A program made the translations under genes and the position numbers. A stretch of 64,000 nt of DNA from an uncultured Actinomycetes bacterium (GTDB lineage Bacteria > Actinomycetota > Acidimicrobiia > IMCC26256 > PALSA-610): contig CAWJBW010000003.1 in NCBI GenBank assembly GCA_963841215.1, positions 680,269-744,268 of the forward strand, written 5' to 3'. Of the stretch, positions 24,795 to 33,663 are shown piece by piece; position 1 is the first letter of the stretch, and each line of letters opens with the position of its first letter. The notes under the pieces were generated by a model. It saw only the letters and a list, made by a program, of their open reading frames with translations, had not been told where the DNA came from and searched no databases.

Positions 24795-25292
24795 TCATCG
24801 ACCCTCTCGCTCGAAGCGGCTCGAGTACGGGTTGCTGTCCTCTGTCCACGCTCTCGACCAGTGGGCGACGGCGTTGCCGAGGAACAGGCTCGCCCGTTTC
24901 CAGCCGTAGTCCGGGCTCGCCGCAGCCGCCACCGCGCGCTCAGCGAGATCAGGTACCGCTGCGATCGCTCGGCGGAGATCCTCGTGATTGAGGAAGGCGC
25001 CATCGGCGTCCTCGATCGCCCTCGCGAGTACCGGCCAGGTGAGCTCGGACGGCATCACTGCATCCCGCTTCGCTCGCGACCGCCGTCGCAGGCTCGAAGT
25101 TGGCGGCTTCGGACGTCGAGGCGCGCACAAGCCGCGCTGACGGCAAATGGAGGAGGCGATCGGGTCGTCGGGATGGTGCGGACAGCAGTCATCGAGATCG
25201 GTCACGCAACGACACGCTACGAGCCTTGTGGCGAGCCGCCGGTTGGCTTCGCCCAGCGTGTCCCAGCAGCGGTGGCCGCGACAGCTAGTCAC
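24795..25292 (-). CDS. hypothetical Cys-rich protein encoded by repeat module A (C-terminally truncated relative to copy B)
   Basis: ORF ...SCRGHRCWDTLGEANRRLATRLVACRCVTDLDDCCPHHPDDP...MPSELTWPVLARAIEDADGAFLNHEDLRRAIAAVPDLAERAVAAAASPDYGWKRASLFLGNAVAHWSRAWTEDSNPYSSRFEREG. No family recognised. Confidence 0.45.
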   Translation of the reverse strand: MTSCRGHRCWDTLGEANRRLATRLVACRCVTDLDDCCPHHPDDPIASSICRQRGLCAPRRPKPPTSSLRRRSRAKRDAVMPSELTWPVLARAIEDADGAFLNHEDLRRAIAAVPDLAERAVAAAASPDYGWKRASLFLGNAVAHWSRAWTEDSNPYSSRFEREGR

Positions 25293-25346
25293 GCCGCGAG
25301 GTCGACTGAGCCTTGCCAGAGCAACGCTCTACGGAACGGAGTAATC

Positions 25347-25359
25347 GCCCCTCCGACAC
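25347..25359 (+). repeat. tRNA-Leu 3'-end direct repeat, copy 2 (GCCCCTCCGACAC)
   Basis: 12/12 identity to tRNA positions 14361-14372, same orientation. Confidence 0.85.
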
Positions 25360-25377
25360 ACAGAAGGCCGCCTGTTG

Positions 25378-26211
25378 TCACCCGCGCATGTGCGGGCTGG
25401 CCTGCGCAAACGTCCAATGATTGCCTGCGAGGTCGGCGGCGGTGTACGCACGGGCGCCGTGTTGCCACAGTTCGTCGACAATCGTCACGCCCGCGGTCCG
25501 CGTCCGTTCATAGTGTGCATCGACGTCGTCGACGAACACCCACGGCGTGTGCGTCACCGGCGCGTGCTCAGCCGCTCCGGATTCACGCCGGAACACCATC
25601 AGTGACGCGTTGCCGATGTGCAACTCGATCCACGTGTGGTGATCGTCGCCGGCTTCAGTTTCGGGGACGTCGCCGGCCGGGTCGAATCCGAACACGTCGC
25701 GGAGCCACTGCGCGGCGATCGCCGGCTTGTCGTAATACACCGCGAGCGCGAGGCGGCTCATGCGCATCGGCTCGTGCGGCACGTGATCGCGCCGTTCGAT
25801 CCAGCGACCGAACCACTTCGGGGTCGTGCGCACCCACGCCGTCCCTCCACGGTCGACGCCGCCTTCGGGGATCGTCGCCAGCACCTGCACGAGCGTGCCG
25901 CCGCTCCGCGGCACGAACGAAACGTCGATTTGCACGTCGTCGACGGAGCTCTGCCAGCCGAGCCGCGCCGGCGGATCCCACACGGTGATCCGCGCGACTT
26001 CCAGGCCTTCGCCCGTGTCGCCGTCGTACACCTCGATGATGCGGCCGCCGACGCCGGGCTCGATCCGCACCGAGTACGCGCGCGCCGCGTCGAAGAAGTT
26101 GATCGGCCCTTGGATCCACCAGCAGTCGAGTTCCTCGGTGAACACCGTGAACGCGGTGTGGGGATCAGTCGCGACCTCGACGGACGAGGTTGCGGAGTTC
26201 GGTGCCGTCAT
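25378..26211 (-). CDS. SRPBCC (Aha1-like) domain fused to a VOC/glyoxalase domain
   Basis: Intact 277 aa. N-terminal half resembles activator-of-Hsp90-ATPase/SRPBCC proteins that commonly follow ArsR regulators; C-terminal half is VOC-like (WIELHIGNASLMVF...ADLAGNHWTF). Overlaps the arsR-type gene's stop. Confidence 0.7.
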   Translation of the reverse strand: MTAPNSATSSVEVATDPHTAFTVFTEELDCWWIQGPINFFDAARAYSVRIEPGVGGRIIEVYDGDTGEGLEVARITVWDPPARLGWQSSVDDVQIDVSFVPRSGGTLVQVLATIPEGGVDRGGTAWVRTTPKWFGRWIERRDHVPHEPMRMSRLALAVYYDKPAIAAQWLRDVFGFDPAGDVPETEAGDDHHTWIELHIGNASLMVFRRESGAAEHAPVTHTPWVFVDDVDAHYERTRTAGVTIVDELWQHGARAYTAADLAGNHWTFAQASPHMRG

Positions 26212-26543
26212 CTGGTCGCCGCCTTCCCCGCGATGTGGCGCTTGAACGACTGCAGCTGTTCGTTCCAGTGGGCCTGGATCTGATCGAGCCAGGCTTGCAT
26301 CGCGGCCATCGACTCCGGTCGCAGGTGGAACACGCGCGTGCGTGCGTCGTCGCGCGGCCGTTCGTCGCGCACGATGCCGGCGTCGAGCAGCACGCGGAGA
26401 TGGCGGCTCATCGTGGGCGGTGATGTGCCCGCGGCCGCGGCCAGTTCTCCGGCGCGGCGGGGGCCCGACCCGAGCAGCTTGACGACCGTCCGGCGCGTGG
26501 AGTCGGCCAGGGCTTCGAAGACCTGTTGCTCGGCGTCAGGCAT
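26208..26543 (-). CDS. ArsR/SmtB family transcriptional regulator
   Basis: VFEALADSTRRTVVKLLGSGPRRAGELAAAAGTSPPTMSRHLRVLLDAGIV; intact 111 aa. Confidence 0.85.
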   Translation of the reverse strand: MPDAEQQVFEALADSTRRTVVKLLGSGPRRAGELAAAAGTSPPTMSRHLRVLLDAGIVRDERPRDDARTRVFHLRPESMAAMQAWLDQIQAHWNEQLQSFKRHIAGKAATR

Positions 26544-26608
26544 GGCCAGATATTTACCAGATGACAGAACTATTGTCAGCTCCCGGCTGTATCGCGTATC
26601 GTCTTGCC

Positions 26609-27010
26609 ATGGCTGATACGCAGATCCAACGCTTCAACCCGGTGCTCCGCTACGACGACGGCGAGAAGGCGATGGCATTCCTCGAGGAAGCCTTCGGGTT
26701 CGAGCCCGGGCCGGTTCACCGCTCGCCCGACGGCGTGATCGTCCACGCCGAGATGGCGCTTTGCGGGCAGTACATCGGCTTGTCGGAGCGTGCGAAGAGC
26801 GAGAAGACGATCTTCGACCTCGGTCCCTGCGTCGTCTACGTGGTGCTCGACGACGATGCGGCGATCGACGCGATGCACGCGCGAGCAGCCTCGGCAGGAG
26901 CCGAGATCGTCATGGAGCCACAGGATCAGGACTACGGCTCGCGTGACTTCTCGGCGCGCGACCCCGAAGGCTTCGTCTGGGCGTTCGGGACGTACCGGCC
27001 GGGGACGTAG
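26609..27010 (+). CDS. VOC (glyoxalase/bleomycin-resistance) family protein
   Basis: MADTQIQRFNPVLRYDDGEKAMAFLEEAFGF...VHAEM...DYGSRDFSARDPEGFVWAFGTY; intact 133 aa. Confidence 0.8.
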   Translation: MADTQIQRFNPVLRYDDGEKAMAFLEEAFGFEPGPVHRSPDGVIVHAEMALCGQYIGLSERAKSEKTIFDLGPCVVYVVLDDDAAIDAMHARAASAGAEIVMEPQDQDYGSRDFSARDPEGFVWAFGTYRPGT

Positions 27011-27029
27011 GGGAATCGAGCACCGCGCG

Positions 27030-27170
27030 ATCGTCGTCCGCGGCTCACGCAGCGGCCGGAAGGTTGCGCGCATCTCCTCCGAGAAGAGCTCCGGTTGCTC
27101 CCAGGCGGCGAAAATGGCCGCCGTTGCCGATCGCGGCCTCGAGGTCGAGCCAGCCGGTCCATCGGTCGCG
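27030..27170 (-). pseudogene. epoxide hydrolase C-terminal remnant (paralogous to the 3' end of 31383..32603)
   Basis: Reverse frames give WLDLEAAIGNGGHF / AAWEQPELFSEEMRATFRPL, matching YFNEVDKGGHFAAWEEPRLFSDELRSAFRPL of the intact gene. The 5' truncation point abuts repeat copy 3. Confidence 0.6.
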
Positions 27171-27189
27171 TGTACTTAGGGTTTGTGGC

Positions 27190-27202
27190 GCCCCTCCGAC
27201 AC
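27190..27202 (+). repeat. tRNA-Leu 3'-end direct repeat, copy 3 (GCCCCTCCGACAC)
   Basis: 12/12 identity to the tRNA 3' end, same orientation. Confidence 0.85.
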
Positions 27203-27385
27203 GCAATTGAGTAGGGGCTTTGGCCCTCTGGTCATGACCGCTACGACGCTGTGCTTGCGGATCGCACGCGACGCGCGACAGGACATCACGGTTGCCGGCA
27301 TTCGTCGTCGGCGCGTCGTGCGAAGGAGGCTCGGCGAGGTTGATGACGCTCCCCGATCCGGCGCAGCCGAGCGCCACGCCGCGTG

Positions 27386-27760
27386 CTACGCGGCGCGTGG
27401 CTGCAGGATTGCCACGCGACCGTCGGATTGGCGGACTGCTTCGATGAGCAAACGGTTTTCGGGCGTTAGGAGTCTCGGTGCATCGGGAGCACCTGTGATG
27501 GCACGCGTGAGTTCCGCCACGAGGGAGTGCACCTTCCGAGCTGACGCCAGTTGCTCGGCTTGATGTTGGATAGGCCAGCCGAGAGCCTCGGCGTCGTGAG
27601 GTTCCCCAGGAGATTCGCCAACCGTTGCTGTGCATCGGCGTTGGCCTCGAGACTCTCGCTGATAACGCCTTCGAAGCGTTCGAATGTGCCGTTCGGACGG
27701 CGAAGCATTGCCTGGGCGAGACTCACAATGCAGGCACGGCTGCTCTCGGTTTTCAAGCAC
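27386..27760 (-). CDS. hypothetical helical protein (one frame switch near 27570)
   Basis: Two overlapping reverse ORFs (27466..27756 and 27386..27760) join to ...MLRRPNGTFERFEGVISESLEANADAQQRLANLLGNL / EALGWPIQHQAEQLASARKVHSLVAELTRAITGAPDAPRLLTPENRLLIEAVRQSDGRVAILQPRAA. No family recognised. Confidence 0.4.
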   Translation of the reverse strand: MLENREQPCLHCESRPGNASPSERHIRTLRRRYQRESRGQRRCTATVGESPGEPHDAEALGWPIQHQAEQLASARKVHSLVAELTRAITGAPDAPRLLTPENRLLIEAVRQSDGRVAILQPRAA

Positions 27761-27771
27761 GTGGAGTGACG

Positions 27772-28516
27772 CTACGAGCCGAATGACGGTGTGGTGTTAG
27801 CGAGTTTCGCTGAACCCGGCAGTGAGGATGAATCGCTTCGGGTCAGTGAACGAGAGTGACCGAGGTCGAAGTACTCAGCCACGATCCGATCGTCATGCGG
27901 CTCGATGTGTGCGTGCGCACGCGCGAGCTGCCAGCCCCACGATGACGCGGAGTCCCGCGGGTCCTTGCAGAGATTAGGAGCCGTCTCGAAGTGCTCGCAG
28001 AAGAGCGCGCTCTTGAGCGTCGACTCGATCGGGACCGTGCCTCGAGCTCTGGAGAAGGTGCTAGTGCGACGGTGTCGACCGGAGTCGGTATCGGTATATG
28101 CGGGCTTCATCGCCCTCTCGCTCGAAGCGGCTCGAGTACGGGTTGCTCTCCTCTGTCCACGCCCTCGACCAGTGGGCGACGGCGTTGCCGAGGAATAGGC
28201 TCGCCCGTTTCCAGCCGTAGTCCGGGCTCGCCGCAGCCGCCACCGCGCGCTCAGCGAGATCAGGTACCGCTGCAATCGCTCGGCGGAGATCCTCGTGATT
28301 GAGGAAGGCGCCATCGGCGTCCTCGATCGCCCTCGCGAGTACCGGCCAGGTGAGCTCGGACGGCATCACTGCATCCCGCTTCGCTCGCGACCGCCGTCGC
28401 AGGCTCGAAGTTGGCGGCTTCGGACGTCGAGGCGTGCACAAGCCGCGCTGAAGGCAAATGGAGGAGGCGATCGGGTCGTCGGGATGGTGCGGACAGCAGT
28501 CATCGAGATCGGTCAC
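27772..28516 (-). CDS. hypothetical protein encoded by repeat module B plus a unique C-terminal part (frame switch near 28080)
   Basis: ORF 28061..28516 matches the module A product. Its continuation in ORF 27772..28314 (...GTVPIESTLKSALFCEHFETAPNLCKDPRDSASSWGWQLARAHAHIEPHDDRIVAEYFDLGHS...) is absent from copy A. Confidence 0.45.
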
Positions 28517-28674
28517 GCAACGACACGCTACGAGCCTGGATGGCGAGCCGCCGGTTGGCTTCGCCCAGCGCGTCCCAGCAGCCGGGGCCGCGACAGCTAG
28601 TAGTCAGGCCGCGAGGTCGACTGAGCCCTGCCAGAGCAAGGCTCTACGGAACGTAGTGATCGCCCCTCCGACAC
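28074..28674 (+). repeat. 0.6-kb duplicated module, copy B, ending in a tRNA-3'-end repeat
   Basis: See copy A (24762..25359). Confidence 0.85.
28662..28674 (+). repeat. tRNA-Leu 3'-end direct repeat, copy 4 (GCCCCTCCGACAC)
   Basis: 12/12 identity. The downstream flank GAACGTGTGTTCGATC also resembles the tRNA's own downstream flank GGAATGTTCGATC. Confidence 0.85.
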
Positions 28675-28843
28675 TCGAACGTGTGTTCGATCAGCGTCCC
28701 CAGAACGGGCGTAGTTACAGGAGTAATCCCGGGAGTAGGTGCGCGGGAGTAGTCATGCAATCGCTGTCCGCCGATTCGCCTAGTCCGGCGCGCCTGCGGT
28801 GCCGCGATCGCGCTACGCGCCGACATTGCGCCTGAGGAAGCTC

Positions 28844-29550
28844 CTACGTCAGCGCGGGAGACGTCGTGCGGTCCGCCGCGGCAATGACCTGTGCGGTGTG
28901 CTGCGGGTCGAAGACTCGACTGGTGACATGGTGCAGGCGATGACACGCTCACGAAGTCGTTCATTGCGGTCTGATTGCCGTGTACGGCCGCGAGGAGGTA
29001 TTGCATCTTGGGTGGTAGAGGGTCGAGTGTCGCCATCTGCGTCGTGAATTCGTACATCGGCATCGCGTGCCCGTCGCGTGCCTGGTGGCACGTCGACATC
29101 GCATCGTCAAAGCTGCGCCACCCGTCGAATGCGTCACATAGTGCATTCGTGAAGTGTTCGGCGTCCCCCAGAAGCGTCGCTGATGCCTTGTGCGGTGATC
29201 GGGTCTTTGTCGTAACCGGCGTCGCCGACGAGCGCCCAACCGGGACCGAACGGGCGGCGGAAGGAGTTCGATACTGCTCCGCCTGCGAAGCGGGCCTCGC
29301 GTGTGGCGTTGTGCATGCGTGCGGCGAACTCGGGTGCGAGCTCGAGGGTCTTGAGGTAGTTGCCCTCGACGTCTGCCTTGTAGGCGGCCGCCTCGGAGTG
29401 GGGCGACCCGAGGACGAGGAGCGTCAGCCCGTCGTTGGTGGGGAACGCGCCCCAGCCGCGCTCGGGTCGAATCACCGTCTCCATGCCGTCAAGGGGTAGC
29501 CCGCTCCAGTATGTGTAGTAGCTCCACTGCAGCATCGCCTGGCGTTTCAA
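28844..29550 (-). pseudogene. FAD-dependent monooxygenase/oxidoreductase, 5'-truncated and frame-shifted
   Basis: YYTYWSGLP..., GWALVGDAGYDKDPITAQGISDA, then in other frames DAEHFTNALCDAFDGWRSFDDAMSTCHQARDGHAMPMYEFTTQMATLDPLPPKMQYLLAAVHGNQTAMNDFVSV and VFDPQHTAQVIAAA. No N-terminal GxGxxG domain lies upstream. Confidence 0.65.
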
Positions 29551-30223
29551 CCCACATTCACCGGCTAAGCGCCGCGCTGCTCCAACTTGCTACCGCTCGT
29601 GTTGGGCCATATCCAAAATTTCGTCCGAGCCCAGATGTTTTCAATTGAACGTCCGACAGGCGCACGGTAGAGAAGCGGTTCGTGCTCGGAGGAGCGCGGG
29701 TTCGTTGATGGCTCATTGCGCCCTCGTGTGCGCGATCCGGAGACTTGCACCGCGACAGCAGGTGACGTATCGGATCGCCGGTGCCGTTGCCGGAGACGCG
29801 CGCACGCTGACGCCACCGTGACGCACGCGGAGCAGGACATCGACCCCGCGAACGATGTCGCGTCTGCGGCGGTTCAGCTCGTCGGCGGTGGCGTCGCATC
29901 AAATTCAGACCCGCGGACGCCAACGAGCGACGTCGAAGGCGGAGTTCTCGACCCCGACGAGAACGAACCTGTCGGCTTGGAGGGGGTTGGCCTGCCGTTC
30001 ACCGGCATTGAAGCGACTGTCGCGCTGCTACGACCTCGGTTCCGGCGGGAGATCAGCGAGACCGATCGGATGCGGGGTGGTCGGGACCGACGTGGATCCG
30101 GTGCCCAGGAGTACTAGGTAGTTCTACAGAGGCGATCGACGGCGACTCATGCGAAGGTGGCACCATGAGGTGGAGCGGTGACACGACGGTGCTCTGTCAC
30201 CCGATCAAAAGGGGGATGGGGAC

Positions 30224-30949
30224 ATGACGTCAACTTCGGATGAGATCGTGACGGTCGCACTCGTGCACGGCGCCTTCGCCGACAGCTCGGGCTGGAACGG
30301 CGTGATCGAGCGCCTCGAGAACCACGACGTGCCGGTGACGACCATTCCGAACCCGCTACGCGGCATCTCGATCGATGGCACGTACGTGAGGAGCGCGCTC
30401 GAGCAGATCCCCGGGCGGGTCCTCGCGGTCGGGCACTCGTACGGCGGAGCCGTGATAACGAATGCGGCGACCGGGCTCAGCAATGTCGTCGGATTGGTCT
30501 ACGTCGCGGCGTTCGCGCCGGAGGAGGGTGAGACGCTGCTGGAGGTCGATCAAAAGTCGAGGGACAGTGTGCTCTTCTCGGCACTGGTCCCGCGCCAGTA
30601 CCCGACCGCGGACGGCACGGCGACGGAGTTCTCGATCGACCCGCCGAAGACTCGCGAGGCGTTCGCCGGTGACTTGTCGGACGAGCAGATCGCGCTGATC
30701 GCGGCAACCCAGCGGCCGATCTCAGAGCTCGCGTTCGGGGAGCCATCCGGTCCGGCGGCGTGGAAGTCCTTACCGTCATGGGCGGTCGTCCCGAGTGGCG
30801 ACAAGGCGATCGGTACGGACATCGTGCGCTTCTACGCCGAGCGCGCCGGCGCCGCCATCACGGAGCTCGAGGGCTCACACGTGATCATGATCTCCCAGCC
30901 ACAAGCGGTCACCGACGTGATCGAGTCCGCAATCGCCAAGCTTGCCTGA
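30224..30949 (+). CDS. alpha/beta hydrolase
   Basis: Intact 241 aa: VALVHGAFADSSGW, nucleophile elbow GHSYGG, C-terminal EGSHVIMISQP. Confidence 0.85.
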   Translation: MTSTSDEIVTVALVHGAFADSSGWNGVIERLENHDVPVTTIPNPLRGISIDGTYVRSALEQIPGRVLAVGHSYGGAVITNAATGLSNVVGLVYVAAFAPEEGETLLEVDQKSRDSVLFSALVPRQYPTADGTATEFSIDPPKTREAFAGDLSDEQIALIAATQRPISELAFGEPSGPAAWKSLPSWAVVPSGDKAIGTDIVRFYAERAGAAITELEGSHVIMISQPQAVTDVIESAIAKLA

Positions 30950-31088
30950 GCGCGCGCGACATCCACCCGACGCTCACCCCTTTGGTCTGGGGATGAGCAA
31001 CGTTTCCGCGGGACATCACACGCGCACCGGTGCCTCTGGGGCACGTGGCCACGGCAGGATTCGCCAGTGCCGATCGAAATTGATCATT

Positions 31089-31098
31089 CCTCCGACAC
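31089..31098 (+). repeat. tRNA-Leu 3'-end direct repeat, copy 5 (shortened: CCTCCGACAC)
   Basis: 10-nt match in the same orientation. The flank CCCGGGAGTAGGGG...GGTCATGCA is shared with the flanks of copies 3 and 4. Confidence 0.6.
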
Positions 31099-31174
31099 AC
31101 GCTTGTACCCCCGGGAGTAGGGGAGCGCATGATCCCGGTCATGCAGCGATAGCGAACTGACCGGCAGCGGGAGC

Positions 31175-31209
31175 GCGTGGGGTGAGAGTTCGAGTCCCCC
31201 CTCCGACAC
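31175..31209 (+). repeat. tRNA-Leu 3' remnant, copy 6 (about 35 nt: end of variable arm, T arm, acceptor 3' strand)
   Basis: GCGTGGGGTGAGAGTTCGAGTCCCCCCTCCGACAC versus tRNA GCGTGGGGGTTCAAGTCCCCCCTCCGACAC. The last 22 nt match 21/22; a 4-5 nt insertion breaks the T stem. Confidence 0.8.
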
Positions 31210-31382
31210 GAACGGTGTTCGGTACTCGCTGCGGCCCGGCGAACGCACGGACCGCTCCAAGCACCCAGACCGGCGGAGAGTGTCTAGGGACCGCCGTCGA
31301 ACGAATCCTTCGTTGAGTCGAGTGGGGTTCGAGGTTCAGCAGTCGAGGAGGTCGACGCGTCCGCTAGGCCGTCGTGTGGCGC

Positions 31383-32603
31383 CTAGTTCACGAGGGTCTG
31401 CGAGCGCAGTGGCCGGAAGGCGGAGCGCAACTCGTCCGAGAAGAGCCGTGGTTCTTCCCAGGCGGCGAAGTGGCCGCCCTTGTCGACTTCGTTGAAGTAG
31501 GAGAGGGTGGGGTAGACGGCCTCGGCCCAGCTGCGCGGGGTAGCCCAGATCTCGCCGGGGAACGTCGTGAAGCCGACCGGAACCGAGACCGGCGGAGGAG
31601 GCTGGCCGCTCGCAAGCGCTGCGGCCAGCGCTCGTGCGTCCTCCCAGTACGACCGGGCCGCCGACGCTGCGGTGCCGGTCAGCCAGTACAGCGTGATGTT
31701 GTCGAGGATGTTGTCGCGGGTGAGGTTGCCCGACGGGTCGTTGTTGACGAACGCATCGGAGATCTTGAGGTAGGAGTCGGTGTCGTGGTCGAGCAGCCAG
31801 GCCGCCAGCGCGACGGGTGAATCCAGCAGGGCGTAGCTGATCGTCTGTGGCCGCGTTGCCATCTCGAGGAAGTAGCCGAAGCCGTCCTCCCTGAACGTGG
31901 CGAATGCCTCGGCGGCCGCGCGTTCCTTTTCGGATTCCTTGGGCAGGTGATCGCCGATTGCGAGCACCGCGGTGAGCAGGTTCAGGTGGTAGCCGATCAA
32001 ACCGGCGACCGCCTGGCGGCCCATCAGGTCCGTGACCAGGGCACCCACGTCGCCGCCCTGGGCGACGTAGCGGGTGTAGCCGAGGCGGTGCATCAGCTCC
32101 GCCCACGCGCGTGCGGTGCGGCCCGCGTCCCAGCCGAGTTCAGTCGGCTCGCCGGAAAAGCCGTAGCCCGGGAGGGACGGCAGCACCAAGTGGAACGCGT
32201 CTTCAGCGCGTCCACCGTGCGCGGTCGGGTCGGTGAGTGGGCCGACGGTGTCGAGTAGCTCGATGACCGAGCCGGGCCAACCATGGGTCATGATCAGCGG
32301 CAATGCGTTCTCGTGCGGCGACTTGACGTGGATGAAGTGGATGTCCACTCCGTCGATCTCGGTCTTGAACTGCGGGAGCGCGTTCAGTCTCGCCGCGCAC
32401 CTGCGCAAGTCATACCCGTTCGTCCAGTAGCGGGCGAGCTCCTGCAACGTCGCGAACTGCACGCCCTGCGATCGGTCGGCGACGAGCTCCTGGGTCGGCC
32501 AACGCGTTGCCGCGATGCGCCGGCGCAAATCGTCGATCTGCTCCTCTGGAATCTCGATCTGGAACGACCGAATATCGCTCGTGCTGTCGACGGTTGTGCT
32601 CAT
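31383..32603 (-). CDS. epoxide hydrolase (microsomal EH N-terminal domain plus alpha/beta hydrolase)
   Basis: Intact 406 aa from ATG 32603 (AAGGAGG upstream): FQIEIPEEQIDDLRRRIAATRWP, IHFIHVKSPHENALPLIMTHGWPGS, nucleophile GGDVGA, GGHFAAWEEP. Confidence 0.85.
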   Translation of the reverse strand: MSTTVDSTSDIRSFQIEIPEEQIDDLRRRIAATRWPTQELVADRSQGVQFATLQELARYWTNGYDLRRCAARLNALPQFKTEIDGVDIHFIHVKSPHENALPLIMTHGWPGSVIELLDTVGPLTDPTAHGGRAEDAFHLVLPSLPGYGFSGEPTELGWDAGRTARAWAELMHRLGYTRYVAQGGDVGALVTDLMGRQAVAGLIGYHLNLLTAVLAIGDHLPKESEKERAAAEAFATFREDGFGYFLEMATRPQTISYALLDSPVALAAWLLDHDTDSYLKISDAFVNNDPSGNLTRDNILDNITLYWLTGTAASAARSYWEDARALAAALASGQPPPPVSVPVGFTTFPGEIWATPRSWAEAVYPTLSYFNEVDKGGHFAAWEEPRLFSDELRSAFRPLRSQTLVN

Positions 32604-32665
32604 GACGCCTCCTTGTTTGTGATGTACAGCTGTTCTCCGCGGTCGGTCTCGATGCGCATCGCCGG

Positions 32666-32937
32666 CTACATCTCTGTCGCCGGAGAGGTCGAGCTGGAGC
32701 ACGCGGATGCCACGGAGGTCGAGCCAGGCCCGGGCCTCCGCGCACGATGCGGACCTCGGCGGTGTCGCATGTTGGGCATCGCAGCACGATGCCGGGCGCG
32801 CGGAGGTAGGCGTGCAGCGCTCCGATCGGTCTCGTGTCGCCGCAGTTCGCGCACGTTGCACGAGCGACGGTCATCTCCGAGGTGAAGATGTCCGCGAGGG
32901 CTCCCGCGGCAGCGTTGCCGTCGAGCGCATCGGTCAT
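32666..32937 (-). CDS. small Cys4 zinc-ribbon-like protein (DUF6510-like, tentative); frame-disrupted, 3' end inferred
   Basis: MTDALDGNAAAGALADIFTSEMTVARATCANCGDTRPIGALHAYLRAPGIVLRCPTCDTAEVRIVRG, then after a shift AWLDLRGIRVLQLDLS. The literal frames have no stop before the epoxide hydrolase ATG; a TAG at 32666-32668 is reachable with one more shift. Confidence 0.5.
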
Positions 32938-32938
32938 G

Positions 32939-33659
32939 TCAGCCTCCGGTGGGTCCAAACCGCTCGGTCCTGATGTTCGCCGCGTCGTGGCCGAGGGCGA
33001 TGAGTGTGTCGGCGGCAGTCTCGACGAATGCGGTCGGTCCGCACACGAAGCAACGAGGCTCGACCGCCGGCGGCCAGCCGACTTCAGCAAGGAGCGCGGC
33101 GTCGACCCGTCCCCGCCGGCCGGTCCATTGCGGAGGGGTGACGCGGGTGAGGGTGTGAGTCACGGCTCGGTGCCTGTCGGTGAGCTCCGTCAGCTCGTCG
33201 CGGTAGAGGAGATCCTCGGCTGTGCGTGCCGAGTAGACGAGATGCATCGCGCCTTGGTGGTCGATCGTCCGGTGGTGCCGCAGCATTGCCATGAGCGGGA
33301 CCACACCGGAGCCGCCGCCCACGAGGAGCACCGGGCGGGTGTCGTCGGGCTCCCAGACGAAGTAGCCGCCGATCGGGACCGCGTAGCTCGAGCTGGTCGC
33401 CGACGTCGAGCATCGTGGTCAGATAGGGCGACACCTCGCCGTCATCGAGCCGCACGACCGTCAGCTCCAGGAGGTCGGCGCCGGGCGGCGAGGCGATCGA
33501 GTAGCTGCGTTGGGCGGAGTAGCCGTCCTCGGCGGTGAGGCGCACGTCGACGTGGTGGCCGGCGCGGTGCCCGCGCCAGTCGGGAAGCTCGAGCCGCAGC
33601 GTGACCGCAGTGACAGTCTCGGGGATCGTCTCGGCGACCGTGGCGACAAGCCATCGCAC
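32939..33659 (-). CDS. ferredoxin-NAD(P) reductase-like FAD/NAD-binding oxidoreductase (one frame switch near 33375)
   Basis: RSYSIASPP (RxYS FAD motif), LELRGP-IGGYF, LLVGGGSGVVPLMAML (NAD GGxGxxP), CFVCGPTAF. Confidence 0.75.
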
Positions 33660-33663
33660 CGCT

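Larger units (their letters stand above)
24762..25359 (+). repeat. 0.6-kb duplicated module, copy A (near-identical to 28074..28674), ending in a tRNA-3'-end repeat
   Basis: Aligns base for base with copy B apart from scattered substitutions and about three indels, from GTCGACCGGAGTCGGTA to GCCCCTCCGACAC. Confidence 0.85.

Noticed and set aside
29716-30117. ORF containing LPFTG followed by a short hydrophobic stretch and RPRFRRE (sortase-signal-like)
   Set aside because: The hydrophobic segment is too short (about 8 aa), the rest of the ORF is Arg/Asp-rich with no signal peptide, and the region lies in apparent debris upstream of a truncated gene.
31100-31209. Possible second tRNA, tRNA pseudogene or tmRNA 3' domain between repeats 5 and 6
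   Set aside because: Only the 3' about 35 nt resemble a tRNA. There is no matching 5' acceptor strand, D arm or anticodon arm, and the T stem is broken by an insertion. It is better explained as a displaced att half-site.
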